From NCBI RefSeq assembly GCF_006345805.1, contig NC_043006.1, forward strand, positions 45,818,001 through 45,882,000: a stretch of DNA of 64,000 nt, written 5' to 3'. The notes under the pieces are model-generated. The model saw only the letters and a list, made by a program, of their open reading frames with translations, made no database searches and was not told where the DNA came from. Both the position numbers and the translations under genes were made by a program. This document shows, one piece after another, positions 62,705-64,000 of the stretch. The stretch is from Octopus sinensis (lineage: Eukaryota). How positions within the stretch are numbered: the first letter of the stretch is position 1; the number at the start of each line of letters is the position of its first letter.

Positions 62705-63108
62705 GTAACTGGCACCTCTGTTGGTGGCACATAAAGAGCACCTTTCATGTGTTGGGCCTCATGGAGGCAAAGTGGTTGAGTTCCTTTCAAGTGTTGGGCC
62801 TTATGGTGGCAATGACTGAGACCTTTGGCATTATGTCATGCTTGAGAAGAAGACTCATCAAACTGAGCAAAATCCCAGGCATGGAAGATACTGGTGTCAC
62901 TAATGGCACCCATGCCAGTGGCACATAAAGTCACCCATCACACTCTCAGAGTGGTTGGTGTCAGGAAGGGCATCCAGCTGTAGAAAACCATGCCAAATCA
63001 GACTGGAGTCTGGTGCAGCCTTCCAGCTTACCTGCCCTGGTCAAACCATCCAACCCATGCCAGAATGGACAATGGGTGTTAAATGATAATGATGATGATG
63101 ATGATGAT
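62705..63108 (+). mobile_element. RTE-related non-autonomous element with (ATG)n tail
   Basis: gtggttggtgtcaggaagggcatccagctgtagaaa ... caacccatgc ... gttaaatgat(gat)n. Confidence 0.65.
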
Positions 63109-63398
63109 AGGGTCAATTCGTTTGACTAAAAATTCTTCAAGGCAGTATCTCAGCTTGTCCAAAGACTGGAACAAATGAAGGAGTAAAAGAAATGACTTCA
63201 GTTCTTCAGTTTTAGGGAACCAACATGAAAGTTTAATGACAGTTGATTCTGATACAACTATGTAATGGAAGCGCAAAAGGATTTGACTCCTATGAGCCTT
63301 CCAGGAATAGTAACAGGCATGTGACGTCAGTAATTACTCAGGGTAGGCAGTCGGTGACCTTCATGCAGTAAACTATCATCAAAGGATTTGTCAGTGGA

Positions 63399-63772
63399 TC
63401 ATCATCATCATTTAACGTCTGCTTTCCATGCTAGCATGGGTTGGACGGTTCAACTGGGGTCTGGGAAGCCAGAAGGCTGCACCAGGCCCAGTCTGATCTG
63501 GCAGTGTTTCTACAGCTGGATACCCTTCCTAACGCCAACTACTCCGTGAGTGTAGTGGGTGCTTTTTACATGCCACCGGCACAGGTGCCAGACTAAGCTG
63601 GCAAACGGCCCCGATTGGATGGTGCTTTTTACGTGCCACCGGCACGAAGACCAGACGAAGCTGGCAATGGCCACGATTGGATGGTGCTTTTTACGTGCCA
63701 CCGGCATGGAAGCCAGTCAGGGCGGTGCTGGCTACGGCCACGTTTGGATGGTTCTCTTACGTGCCACTGGCA
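63399..63772 (-). mobile_element. RTE-related non-autonomous element with internal about-60-bp subrepeats
   Basis: Same family as 4661 and 24764; four copies of ggtgctttttacgtgccaccggca. Confidence 0.7.
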
Positions 63773-64000
63773 TATATATATATGTATATACACAACAGGC
63801 CCCTTTCAGCTTCTGTCCACCAAATCCACCCACAAGGCCCCAGCGAGCCCGAGGCCATAGTAGAAGACACCTGCATAAGGTGCCACACAGTGGGACTGAA
63901 CCTGGAACCAAGCTACTTACAACACAGCCAAACCTGTGCCTAAATACTGTTCTTTAATAAGTAAGTGGATAAAAGGATAAAAATATATAAAGATATAAAG

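Overview
Eukaryotic, AT-rich, microsatellite- and SINE-dense DNA; the repeat landscape looks like an octopod cephalopod (inference). One protein-coding region is supported: an uninterrupted 7.6-kb coding exon (30402-38045, +) for a 2547-aa protein with about 35 C2H2 zinc fingers, mostly dispersed doublets, preceded by a splice acceptor and an overlapping uORF. The rest is at least three tRNA-headed SINE families, an RTE-related (ATG)n-tailed element, RTE LINE and mariner relics, hAT/piggyBac/Tc1-type MITEs, a TTAGGG-containing 39-bp minisatellite and several near-identical tandem duplications, some probably assembly artefacts. The most notable non-coding signal is a set of type I hammerhead ribozymes in short elements inserted into (TA)n tracts. 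They include an intact one inside a 534-bp partially tandem, non-coding unit (retrozyme/Penelope-like) that abuts a 265-bp near-perfect fold-back. Repeat coordinates are approximate unless stated as exact; no database searches were possible.
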